A DNA stretch of 62,384 nucleotides, the filler included. It is 5 parts of 5 records of this genome, joined end to end, with 100 filler letters (N's around TTAATTAATTAA, not from the genome) between each part and the next. Parts side by side here need not be neighbours in the genome. Positions count along the whole stretch, not along the records: positions 14,563 to 36,276 come from SRR31147125_17047; positions 36,377 to 48,491 come from SRR31147125_17052; 3 more parts are not named here. One strand, given 5' to 3'. How positions within the stretch are numbered: position 1 is the stretch's first letter; every line of letters starts with the position of its first letter. Positions 33,823-43,575 of this stretch are shown piece by piece. Position numbers and translations under genes: made by a program. The notes under the pieces are model-generated. The model was given only the letters and a program-made list of their open reading frames with translations. It was not told where the DNA came from and searched no databases.

Positions 33823-34980
33823 ATGAAAAAAATCGCCATTTTAGGTGCTACCGGATCTATTGGTGAAAATTGTTTAAACATTGTTGAGCAATGTCCCATG
33901 GATTTCAACGTTGATGCACTGACCACACATCAAAATGTGTCCAAATTGGTGCAGCTTGCTAAAAAGTTTCGTCCTGGTATGGTTGCTATAACACATGATC
34001 ATGTATCTCCGGAAGATATCGAATGGTTTCAGAATGCCGGCATACAGGTGTTTGTGGGTGACAAAGCGTTGTCTTCTATTGTTTGTAATGCGGAATATCA
34101 TATATTAGTCAATTCCGTGGTGGGAGCAGCCGGTTTTATCCCTACCTTGCAAGCTATTGAGCGCGGAAAAGATATTGCCCTGGCCAACAAAGAGACCCTT
34201 GTTGTTGGTGGTAAAATTGTTATGCAGGCTGCGAAACAAAACAATGTCCGCATTCTTCCCGTAGATAGTGAACATAGTGCTATATTTCAATGCCTCGTTG
34301 GTGAAACAAATACGAGCATTGAAGAACTTGTTTTAACTGCCTCGGGCGGTCCATTTCTGAACCTTGCAAAACAAGAGTTCTCAAAAATTACTGTTGAGCA
34401 GGCCTTAAAACATCCTAATTGGAGCATGGGGCAGAAAATAACCATTGATTCAGCGACAATGATGAATAAAGGTCTTGAAGTTATTGAGGCTAGCTGGCTA
34501 TTTGATATACCAACGGATAAAATTAAAGTGTTAATTCATCCGCAGTCAATTATTCATTCAATGGTCGCCTTTGTGGATGGCTCCTATAAAGCTCAGTTGG
34601 GACAACCGGATATGCGGGTTCCAATCCAATATGCCCTGACTTATCCTGAACGTAAACCATCTTCCTTTCCAAGATTGAATTTTGCCGAGATTCAAAATTT
34701 AACCTTTGCTGGACCTGATCTGGATAAATTTAGAGCGTTAGCTTTAGCTTACGAGACAGCCAGGGTTGGAGGATCGGCTCCTGCGGTGATGAATGCCGCA
34801 AATGAAGAAGCTGTTAAATTATTTTTACATAAAAAAATAAAATTTAATCAAATTACGGAATTTATTCAACAGACACTTGAAGCTCATTCTGTTCTTTCCG
34901 ATCCAGGTGCTGATGAGCTCATTCAAGCAGATCAATGGGCCCGGTCTTTCCTTATCGCTAAATGTGCTGGCAACAGTTGA
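33823..34980 (+). CDS. dxr: 1-deoxy-D-xylulose 5-phosphate reductoisomerase
   Basis: ILGATGSIG, ALANKE, PVDSEHSAIFQ, LTASGGPF, HPNWSMG.KITIDSATMMNKGLE. Confidence 0.97.
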   Translation: MKKIAILGATGSIGENCLNIVEQCPMDFNVDALTTHQNVSKLVQLAKKFRPGMVAITHDHVSPEDIEWFQNAGIQVFVGDKALSSIVCNAEYHILVNSVVGAAGFIPTLQAIERGKDIALANKETLVVGGKIVMQAAKQNNVRILPVDSEHSAIFQCLVGETNTSIEELVLTASGGPFLNLAKQEFSKITVEQALKHPNWSMGQKITIDSATMMNKGLEVIEASWLFDIPTDKIKVLIHPQSIIHSMVAFVDGSYKAQLGQPDMRVPIQYALTYPERKPSSFPRLNFAEIQNLTFAGPDLDKFRALALAYETARVGGSAPAVMNAANEEAVKLFLHKKIKFNQITEFIQQTLEAHSVLSDPGADELIQADQWARSFLIAKCAGNS

Positions 34981-35127
34981 AAAAAGGAATATTGTTTTAC
35001 AATTATTGGTTGTTTTTCCTGTAGAAATAATATTTATTATGGAACTAATATCAGATAAATACATCTAATTAATAATGAAATAAAATGTAATGATAATAAA
35101 ATATACTGTAATAACGAAGGAAATCTT

Positions 35128-36195
35128 ATGTTAGCTGCATTGAATGTTTTTACATCCTATTTGCTACCTACTGTTTTTGTTCTCGGTCTGCTTATCTTTA
35201 TTCACGAGTTGGGTCATTTCTTGTTGGCAAAACTTGTTGGTGTTCGAGTTGAACGTTTTTCTCTTGGTTTTCCACCACGCCTTTTTGGCAAAAAAATAGG
35301 TGATACAGATTATTGCATTTCTGCAGTACTCTTTGGGGGCTATGTTAAAATGTCAGGCATGATTGACGAAAGTATGGACAGTGGGAGCATTAAGGGTGAG
35401 CCTTATGAGTTTAATTCAAAACCAATTTGGCAAAGATCTCTTATAATTGCTGCTGGCCCTATTTTTAACATATTATTGGCTATAGCTATTTTTGCCGGTG
35501 CCTTTTTTATGCTGGGTGTTGCCGAACCGGAAGGACCAATTGTGGGTGCTGTTATGGAAAATATGCCCGCTCAGCAGATTGGTTTGCAAGAAGGGGATAT
35601 AATTCGTAAAATTGATGATAAGCCCATTGAGACCTGGAATGATCTCATCACCATCGTGCACGCTTCTGCTGATGAAAAGCTTACAATTGAATGGGAGCGT
35701 GAGGGTCAGGTCTTTCAGGAACAAGTTACACCAAAATTGGATGAAATTCAGGGTATTGGTCTGATTGGCTTTGGGCCAAAAACAAAAATTCGACCCGCAG
35801 GATTAATTGAGTCTATTGGCCTCGGAGCCGTTCGCAGTTGGGATTTGACAAAACTTTTAGGCAAGTCATTGAAATTATTATTCAGCGGTAAAGTTTCTGT
35901 TGGAGAGGGATTGGCTGGTCCGGTTCGTATTGCTCAAATGGCAGGCGATACGGCAAAATCGGGTTTCGGTAGTTTACTCATGTTTGCAGCATTCCTAAGT
36001 TTGAATTTAGGTTTGCTTAATATTTTTCCGTTTCCAGTCCTGGATGGAGGTCATCTGGTCCTTTTGGGTATAGAGGGTATAATGCGTAAGCCAATATCTG
36101 TTAAATTAAAAATGGCTGTTCAACAAGTTGGTATGTTCATATTGTTAGCTCTGATGTTGTTTGTTATTATAAACGATTTTGTACAAATTCTGTAA
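35128..36195 (+). CDS. rseP: RIP metalloprotease RseP
   Basis: HELGH, PDZ domain, NIFPFPVLDGGH. Confidence 0.95.
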   Translation: MLAALNVFTSYLLPTVFVLGLLIFIHELGHFLLAKLVGVRVERFSLGFPPRLFGKKIGDTDYCISAVLFGGYVKMSGMIDESMDSGSIKGEPYEFNSKPIWQRSLIIAAGPIFNILLAIAIFAGAFFMLGVAEPEGPIVGAVMENMPAQQIGLQEGDIIRKIDDKPIETWNDLITIVHASADEKLTIEWEREGQVFQEQVTPKLDEIQGIGLIGFGPKTKIRPAGLIESIGLGAVRSWDLTKLLGKSLKLLFSGKVSVGEGLAGPVRIAQMAGDTAKSGFGSLLMFAAFLSLNLGLLNIFPFPVLDGGHLVLLGIEGIMRKPISVKLKMAVQQVGMFILLALMLFVIINDFVQIL

Positions 36196-36216
36196 AGATG
36201 ATTATTACATTTATTT

Positions 36217-36243
36217 AAAAAACCGGCTTTAGCCGGTTTTTTT
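36217..36243 (+). terminator. Rho-independent terminator after rseP
   Basis: AAAAAACCGGC-TTTA-GCCGGTTTTTTT. Confidence 0.88.
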
Positions 36244-36249
36244 ATGGTG

Positions 36250-36276
36250 GTGTGCCCGGCATGGCCAGGACACTCG
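36250..36276 (+). mobile_element. 5' end of a probable group IIC intron, cut by the contig end
   Basis: GTGTGCCCGGCATGG matches the IIC 5' terminus as I recall it from the O. iheyensis intron; it begins a few nt after a terminator stem-loop, the known IIC target. Confidence 0.75.
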
Positions 36277-36376
36277 NNNNNNNNNNNNNNNNNNNNNNNN
36301 NNNNNNNNNNNNNNNNNNNNTTAATTAATTAANNNNNNNNNNNNNNNNNNNNNNNNNNNNNNNNNNNNNNNNNNNN
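36277..36376. other. Artificial contig spacer
   Basis: N44-TTAATTAATTAA-N44. Confidence 0.98.
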
Positions 36377-36397
36377 TTTTGCCGTATTGTTATTCAT
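36377..36397 (-). CDS. Start of a further gene (MNNNTAK...) running off the contig
   Basis: AGGAG RBS upstream of ATG at 36397 on the minus strand. Confidence 0.5.
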
Positions 36398-36561
36398 ACT
36401 ATTTCTCCTATTCCTTACATTTATTAAGTATTTCATTTTCTAAAAAGTCGTATCGCAGTGCTCATATTTGTCAATGCTTCAGCATCTAGTTAATAAAACT
36501 ATGATTAGTACAAGAACGCAGCTCTCATTGTATTTTCTCTCTAAATAATATCTATTTGCTT

Positions 36562-38580
36562 CTAGAAATCAAGACCTATTCCACTATCTGTATGTCTTTT
36601 CTCAGTATAACTTTTTGCACTTTTGTCATAATGCGGTGTGCTTTCATCTCCATGCCCACAGTCATGATCACCATTAATATAGTGCTCAGTATCCAAATGG
36701 GACGCTGGTGAATCCTTATGGTGAATATCCTTATGAACATCTGCAATATAATCTGTGTGCGGCTTAGTAATTATAGAAATCAAATCAGGATTTGTCGGGA
36801 TAATATCCTTAAATCTTTTATAAATAAAAATTATATTCTCTGCAATTTTCGTTCTGTGTTTCCAACCATAAGATTCTCTTTTTAACATTGTTGTCAACGT
36901 TTTCAATAATAATTTATTATATTCTATATCAATAATGTATTTGTTGGCATACATATCATTAAACACATTACCAGTAATTACTTTTTTCCAGTTTGCTTCA
37001 CCCAGCTTATAAAGTGATTCAGCCACTTTTACTCTGACATCATCATTCCTGTCAGCCAAAAATAGCTTTAGTGGTTCCACATCCATCTTATTATTTTTAT
37101 TTCCAATAGCATCAATCAAAAAGAGTTTATATTCATTACTTGATTCATTCATCATACCCAATATAAATTGATATATTTCTTCTTTCTCATATTTTTCACT
37201 AAAATAACCTGCAGAAACCAGGTCAGGTTTGTCAGGAATTAGGTCACTAGATTTTTCATATATAAAAACTATATCTTCTACAATTTCTCTTTTCTTTTCA
37301 TTGTTATTAAAATGTTCATATAGCATATCCCTCAATATTTTGAGCAATTGTCTATTAAATTCAATATCCTTAATCTGTCTTACAGCACGAATATCATTAT
37401 AAATATTACCAGTAATTACTACATTCCAATTTTTTTCATCTTTTACATAAAGCATTTCAGCAGCTTTTACTCTGATATCATCATTCTTGTCAGCCAATAA
37501 TAACTCTAGTGGTTCTATGTATATCTTATTGTTTTGACTTCTAAAAGTATCAATTAAAAAGAATTTGTGTTCATCAATTGATTCATTCATCATACCCAAT
37601 ATAAACTGGTACATTTCTTCTTTCGTATACTTTTCGCTAAAATAACCTGCTGAAATCAAATCAGGTTTATCTGGAATTAAATCATTATGTTTTCTACATA
37701 TATAAACTATTAAATCTGCAATCTCTCTTTCACTATTATTATTTTTAAAATTTTCATAAAACATACTTCTCAACATTTTAAGCAAATGTCTATTAAATTC
37801 GATATCCTCAATCTGTCTTACAGCATGAATATCACTATAAATATCACCAGTAATTACTGCCTTCCACTTCTTTTCGCCTAACTCATATAACGAATTAGCT
37901 GCATGAATTCTGACATTTTTATTTCTATCAGCCAGAAGCATTCTTATTGACTTAACAACCCGTTCACCCTCTTGGTTTTCCATTGCCTTTATTGCATATA
38001 TTTTCTTTACTTCTGATTTATCTGCCATTAAATCCAGCAAATATTGATATACATAGTCTTTTCTGTGCTTTCTGCTTATATGTCCAAGCATTACTGCCCT
38101 TTTTTTATTATATTTATTCAGTTCATCAAGATATTTCTTTAGCTTTTCATCATCAGCATATTTGAGCATAAAAAACATTTTTATATAGTTTACTATCGCA
38201 CTTGCTTTTAATCCATTGTATACAAATAAGTACAAGTTTATCATTAATACTGTAATACATAAGTAAAAATAAACATGTAATACATAATACACTATCACAT
38301 CTCTCTCTACTAAAAAAATAAATGCAATAATTATACCCAAAAAAGATGCAGGCATTTTTAAATATAAGTCTTCTTCATCTTCATAATGATGATTATGTTT
38401 AAAGTACTCTCGACCTATGATTAAACATTTGTTAGCAATATACCAAACAATAATGAAAACTATCCAGAAAACAAATAAGAACCTCATATCTTCATCAATA
38501 TTACGGTTAAGCACTTTGATAAATCCGTATTCACAATATACAATTTTCCTAATAAATTCCAAGTTAAATAATTTCATCAT
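36562..38580 (-). CDS. Membrane-anchored HEAT-repeat protein with 146-aa tandem modules and a C-terminal His-x-Asp repeat tail
   Basis: About 3 N-terminal TM helices; LAD.N..VR..AA..L HEAT-like units; tail HTD..HKD..HKD..HLD..HGD..HYD..HTDSGIGLDF. Confidence 0.8.
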   Translation of the reverse strand: MMKLFNLEFIRKIVYCEYGFIKVLNRNIDEDMRFLFVFWIVFIIVWYIANKCLIIGREYFKHNHHYEDEEDLYLKMPASFLGIIIAFIFLVERDVIVYYVLHVYFYLCITVLMINLYLFVYNGLKASAIVNYIKMFFMLKYADDEKLKKYLDELNKYNKKRAVMLGHISRKHRKDYVYQYLLDLMADKSEVKKIYAIKAMENQEGERVVKSIRMLLADRNKNVRIHAANSLYELGEKKWKAVITGDIYSDIHAVRQIEDIEFNRHLLKMLRSMFYENFKNNNSEREIADLIVYICRKHNDLIPDKPDLISAGYFSEKYTKEEMYQFILGMMNESIDEHKFFLIDTFRSQNNKIYIEPLELLLADKNDDIRVKAAEMLYVKDEKNWNVVITGNIYNDIRAVRQIKDIEFNRQLLKILRDMLYEHFNNNEKKREIVEDIVFIYEKSSDLIPDKPDLVSAGYFSEKYEKEEIYQFILGMMNESSNEYKLFLIDAIGNKNNKMDVEPLKLFLADRNDDVRVKVAESLYKLGEANWKKVITGNVFNDMYANKYIIDIEYNKLLLKTLTTMLKRESYGWKHRTKIAENIIFIYKRFKDIIPTNPDLISIITKPHTDYIADVHKDIHHKDSPASHLDTEHYINGDHDCGHGDESTPHYDKSAKSYTEKRHTDSGIGLDF
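36770..37945 (-). repeat. Intragenic tandem repeat, period 438 nt (146 aa), about 2.7 copies; boundaries approximate
   Basis: TGATTCATTCATCATACCCAATATAA at 37141 and 37579; protein LAD.N..[VI]R...W..VITG..PD.PDL repeats three times. Confidence 0.85.
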
Positions 38581-38610
38581 TTTCTCCTTCTTACAGCAAT
38601 TATTTTTGCG

Positions 38611-40944
38611 TTAGTAATCAATACTTAAATAATCCAGCGATGTTTTGTATAGTGCTTCATAATTTAGTTTAAGTGTAGTACAATCACCCTGCATTCTGCA
38701 CAATTCACATGTGCTGTTTTTACATAATGCTATACACATCCCACCGCACAAATATCTATAACGGCAAGATTTGCATTTTTCATTTTTATCCACACTGTAT
38801 TCACGCATCTTAGTAAAATTCACACTATTAATAATATTTTCTATTCCATCTTTTACCACATTCCCCAGATAAGCTTCTGTTGGACAATATGCATAGCAGG
38901 GATATGTATCACCTGTCGGTTGAATATATAAATTCTGACCAATACCACAAGTTTTATGAGGAACAATTCTATCCTCAAGAATGTCTATAGACAGTTTATC
39001 TAACTTAAAATAATTATCTTCTAATAATTCCCTATTTTCATTTGCTCTGCCTAGTGGAAGAATCGGAGTAAATTTCACTTTTTTTATTCCATATTTATTA
39101 GCCAGATATCTTACATGTTTGCCCTCTCTACCAAAAGCCTCTCTTTCCAGCATAGCTGAAGAAAGTGAGATTTTTGCCGTGGACACTCCGTCTACTGCAT
39201 TCATATATTGAGAGATATTGTTCACAGTTTTATCATAAGAGCCTTGACCTCGTCTAGCATCATGAGATTGTTTATCACCGTCTACACTCACTACAATTTC
39301 ATCAAATGCCTCACCTATCATTAATAATATTTTATTTGTAAGAGGCATAGAGAAATTCGTTCTCAATGCTATTTTGCACAGATTACTATCTTTTCTAATT
39401 TGAATTAATTTCCCTAAAAGTCCACTAATGTCTTTCAGAATTAAAGGCTCTCCTCCAGTAATCACAACAGAATCAAAGCCTTCCTTTGTACATTGCTTAA
39501 TAAGGTTAACAATATCTTTACTCTTCATATCAGAATCTTTATTGCAATTTCCTGCATTAGCATAGCAGTGACTACATTTCAATTGACAATTCCAAGTAAC
39601 ATGAATATATGCTTTGTTCAGATTATCTATATCATCAATATGCGTTTTCAATGCTAATAAAGAGTCTCGCAGTGTTTGTTTTGATTGCCCCAATTCCATA
39701 TCATAAAGACTTTGCAAAGTTAATTCAAAATCATTATTTTTACCCAATTCATAACACGCAACAATTCTCTTTGCCCTCCTTGCTACATCGTACGGATGAG
39801 CACCTTCTTTGTTTATGTTTATCAGTTTTCCCTCTCTAAGTAGCGGGTTACCTTTTGATGAAGCTCCATACTTCGCAATAGCTATTTCATTAGCAGGGCT
39901 AATCATCTCCTGATACAATCCATTCTTTATATAATCAAACACCGCTTTATATGTGTCGCAGTATATATCAACCGGTCTGTTGGACATAATTGCATTATAT
40001 GTACATCCGCCCTTGCAATACTTATAGTGTTCGCAATCCTTACACTCATTTTTCACGTCTTTTTGATGCTTAATAATTCTCTGACCCATATCATTATCAA
40101 TTAATTCATCAATTACAGGTTTATCGCCAATATTACCAAGACTATATTTACTGTTACCGGCAAATCTCTGGCATGAATAAATATCTCCATATGGGTCTAT
40201 CACCAAAAACATACCAAAACAGTCACAAAAGCTGCATACTCTACCATTATTGGAAGATACACTTTGACACATTTGATCAAGAGTGCTTATTTTTATTCTA
40301 TTAGAGTTTTCCTTATACCATTCAAAAATATCTTTCAGCAAAATCGCATACTCACTTGGTGAAATATCATAATCTGACTGTACATCATAGGTATTTACAG
40401 CACCGTGCACTGAAAAGTGCATATTATTTGAAATAAAAAAGTCAACTACTTCTTTATATTTAGGGGCAGAAAGAGCTGTAAATGTAGCTATGCATCCGCA
40501 GTTCATTACATATTTCCTAGCTAAATTAATTCCGCGCATTGTATTATCAAAGTAGCCTTCTCCACGCTGTCTGTCATTAATTTCTTTTGGACCATCTAGG
40601 CTGGTGCTTATATTCACATGATACTTTTTAAACAGTCTACAGTACTCATCATCCAAGAGCCATAAATTACTCTGTATGCCTACATTGGCATTATCAAATC
40701 TACTGTCTATTCCTACAAGTATAGATTTAATAATTTCATGCCCTGCCATTAGTGGTTCTCCGCCATGCAGCGTAATATTCACTTTATCCTGACCTGTTTC
40801 ATTCACTATTCTTTTAATATAGTCAAGGCTATTATTTACCATAGCTATATCCATTGTTTTCCCCTTATTATAGCCAAAGCAGTATTTACATGCCGCCTGG
40901 CAAGATAGTGATGGTATTATCATAAAGTTTGGTGATTTTATCAT
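38611..40944 (-). CDS. Double radical SAM/SPASM enzyme, probably peptide/protein-modifying (N-terminal half resembles the TIGR04083 type, from memory)
   Basis: Two CxxxCxxC motifs (CQAACKYC, CQLKCSHC), two GGEP motifs, two SPASM clusters (CKDCEHYKYCKGGC, CKSCRYRYLCGGMC). Confidence 0.88.
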   Translation of the reverse strand: MIKSPNFMIIPSLSCQAACKYCFGYNKGKTMDIAMVNNSLDYIKRIVNETGQDKVNITLHGGEPLMAGHEIIKSILVGIDSRFDNANVGIQSNLWLLDDEYCRLFKKYHVNISTSLDGPKEINDRQRGEGYFDNTMRGINLARKYVMNCGCIATFTALSAPKYKEVVDFFISNNMHFSVHGAVNTYDVQSDYDISPSEYAILLKDIFEWYKENSNRIKISTLDQMCQSVSSNNGRVCSFCDCFGMFLVIDPYGDIYSCQRFAGNSKYSLGNIGDKPVIDELIDNDMGQRIIKHQKDVKNECKDCEHYKYCKGGCTYNAIMSNRPVDIYCDTYKAVFDYIKNGLYQEMISPANEIAIAKYGASSKGNPLLREGKLININKEGAHPYDVARRAKRIVACYELGKNNDFELTLQSLYDMELGQSKQTLRDSLLALKTHIDDIDNLNKAYIHVTWNCQLKCSHCYANAGNCNKDSDMKSKDIVNLIKQCTKEGFDSVVITGGEPLILKDISGLLGKLIQIRKDSNLCKIALRTNFSMPLTNKILLMIGEAFDEIVVSVDGDKQSHDARRGQGSYDKTVNNISQYMNAVDGVSTAKISLSSAMLEREAFGREGKHVRYLANKYGIKKVKFTPILPLGRANENRELLEDNYFKLDKLSIDILEDRIVPHKTCGIGQNLYIQPTGDTYPCYAYCPTEAYLGNVVKDGIENIINSVNFTKMREYSVDKNEKCKSCRYRYLCGGMCIALCKNSTCELCRMQGDCTTLKLNYEALYKTSLDYLSIDY

Positions 40945-40985
40945 TATTCTTTCTATTCCCTTTCCATCTCGTTTAATAAAATAAA

Positions 40986-43369
40986 CTAAAAATCAGTGAT
41001 TTTTAAACCAATTCCCTTATCACGATGTACTTCAGAACTTCCTCTTATACATAACTCATCTCCCAAAAACTTAGTGTATGTTCTATCATCATGCTGTTCA
41101 GTCATTTTATCTTTAATCTGTTTTGTTATTATCTCTTTGCAAGGGTATTGTTTCGCAAACTTAATCAATCGTATTGCTGCTTGTCTTCTCAACTTCAATT
41201 TTCAATTATCTAGTGCTAATTTCATACCATCGATTAATCTATAATCATCAATTTTTGCTAATCTGTGAAAATCACTATCTTCTGCTTTAATTATATTTTG
41301 CCATTCGGGTTCTCCTAATTTACTCAAAGTTTTTGCTGCTTTAATTCTCACTTCAGATTCTTCACTGCACAGCCGAGTAACTATATAATCAGTGGCCTTT
41401 TTACTTCCAATCTTCCCAAGAGCATCTATCATTAATATAGTTTTTTCTGTATCATAAAAACAATTATTTAATTCTTCAATTAATGGTTCTACAGGTATCA
41501 TCCTTATTATATCACTATTAACACCTCTATATAAATCAAGTAATTCTATGCAAGTATTTGCACTACTATGTTTAAAAATTATTGCAAGACTATTCTGCGA
41601 ATATAAAGTGTCAATTTTCAGCAGTTCCTTTGCTACATCAATCAATGTAGAATCAGGTGCATTAATAGTAATGCGTTCTATTTGTTCTTTAACCCTAACA
41701 ACGCTTTCTTTATCACCAATTATTGCTTTAGTTTCATTCCTAATTACTTTATCATTACTATCTAATAATTCAACCAGTGCATCCATCGCCTTTTCACTTA
41801 CTATATTTCCCAAAGTTATTACGGCAAATTTTAGTGCTTCAGCACTCTTCATTCTACCTTTAGTTCTATTTAGCATACAGAAAATTAAATCTACATCATC
41901 ATCGTTCCCTAAATTTTGAATCGCTTTTGACGCTGCTTTTTTCACATTGTAATCCTTATCAGTTAAACAGTTTACTAAATGTTCATTAGCTTTTTCACTT
42001 CCAATGTTTTCTATAGCTTCAATTGCCGTTACTTGAATCCTACTATTTTTATTGCTAAGCAAATCTATAAATGCATCAAATGCTTGAATACATTTTAATT
42101 GTCCAAGCATTGCAAGTATTGATTCAACAATAACAGTATTCTTGATTTCAAGTCCCTCAATCAGAGCTTCTGTTGCTTCGGTATTATTAAGCTTACCCAG
42201 TACTTGTATTGCTGCTTTCCCAACCTCAACATCATCACTGTTCAACAATTTTGCGATATGTTTAATATCTATTTTATGTTTATAATCATACAACAATTCT
42301 AATACAGCGCATTTTACATCTGTATTATCATCATCTAATAATTTGATTAAACAGTTTAGTGACTTTATATTCTTCTTCTTCGCAATTAATTTAATTGCTT
42401 CCATCCGTATTTCTTCACAATATATATCGCAATCTGCAATGTAAATTAATTCATTTTGTGATTTTGTTCCTCCAATTTTACCAATACTCTTTACTGCAGC
42501 CATACTAAGTTCTATGTTCTTCTTATCCATTAAACTTAAAAGTACTTGAATAACATTTTCATCTTTTGATTCACCTAATGATAATACCTGTAATTTAAAG
42601 AAGCTAGTTATTTTACTTGACTCATCAATATTGCGACTCTCTAAAATAACATTTTCCACTAATAAATCATTTATATATTTATCATTCATCTTAGCAAGTC
42701 TACCAAAATCACCATTATTACCCTTTGTAAATTTATTCCATTTAGATACCCCAAGCTTTGTCAACATTCTGCAAATACCTAATCTTTTCTTACCATATTT
42801 ACAGATTATCAATCCTTTTGTTAATAAATCTATTACTTTTTTTCCACCAATATTCACTAATGTTTTTTCACATTCTTCGTCAATATTGATTGGATTCTTT
42901 GTAGTAGATATATATATATTAAATACTGGTCCAGCTACTCTTATATCTTTTATATTACCAAATGCCCCTATAACACATTTATACACATATCCTTCATAGT
43001 CATTACTATTTAATATTTCTAGTAGGATATCTATTGATTTACCGCTTCTTAACTTGCCAAGCACCTGTATAATCATTTCCAGTATAAGTTTCTCCTTTTC
43101 TATTTTTTTCTGCAAAAAAACTTCACTATTATCCCAATAATCTCTTTTTTTATTTTTGTTTTAGATAATTGACTTAACTCTAACATCGTATTTTTAAGTA
43201 ATAAAATTAAAGGTTCCTCTGCCTTAACATCACCCATTTTCTCCAATAAGTTTATTGCTTTTAGTTTAATATCACGATCAGGATTTTTTAATTCAGCAAT
43301 AATTAAATCTATCTTACCGCGTTTAGCCCATCTTTCCATCATGCGTTTTATTCTTTCTCTTGCACTCAT
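40986..43369 (-). pseudogene. HEAT-repeat protein with His-x-Asp/GIGL tail, interrupted by a T7 frameshift (43114-43120) and an in-frame TGA (41202-41204)
   Basis: ORFs 43100-43369, 41202-43115 and 40986-41198 join into one HEAT (PBS-lyase-like) protein ending HDD...HRDKGIGLKITDF. Confidence 0.75.
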
Positions 43370-43473
43370 AATTTACTCTCTTTCAGATTCGTATAATTAT
43401 ATACATTGAATCAGTAATAATAGCCCTGACATAGAAATATTCTTATCATCGATAATCATTCAACTTTAAATCT

Positions 43474-43517
43474 ATTATATACAAACCATAATTCCAATCG
43501 GTGTGCATTTTGCACAC
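43474..43517 (-). promoter_or_regulatory. Palindromic operator plus -10 box upstream of the HEAT/radical SAM operon
   Basis: GTGTGCA-N3-TGCACAC at 43501-43517, then 21 nt, then TATAAT (43474-43479) on the minus strand. Confidence 0.75.
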
Positions 43518-43575
43518 AAAAAAATCCACCACATTCTGTAATGGATTTTATAAGCCAAATATTTATATTATTCCA

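Noticed and set aside
36244-36276. tRNA 3' end (TGGTG... on the minus strand) at the contig end
   Set aside because: No T-loop match (TTCGA) at the expected distance; the group IIC 5' end fits better
41202-41204. Selenocysteine at the in-frame TGA
   Set aside because: The position aligns with Trp rather than Cys in the paralogue, there is no redox motif, and I see no clear SECIS hairpin downstream
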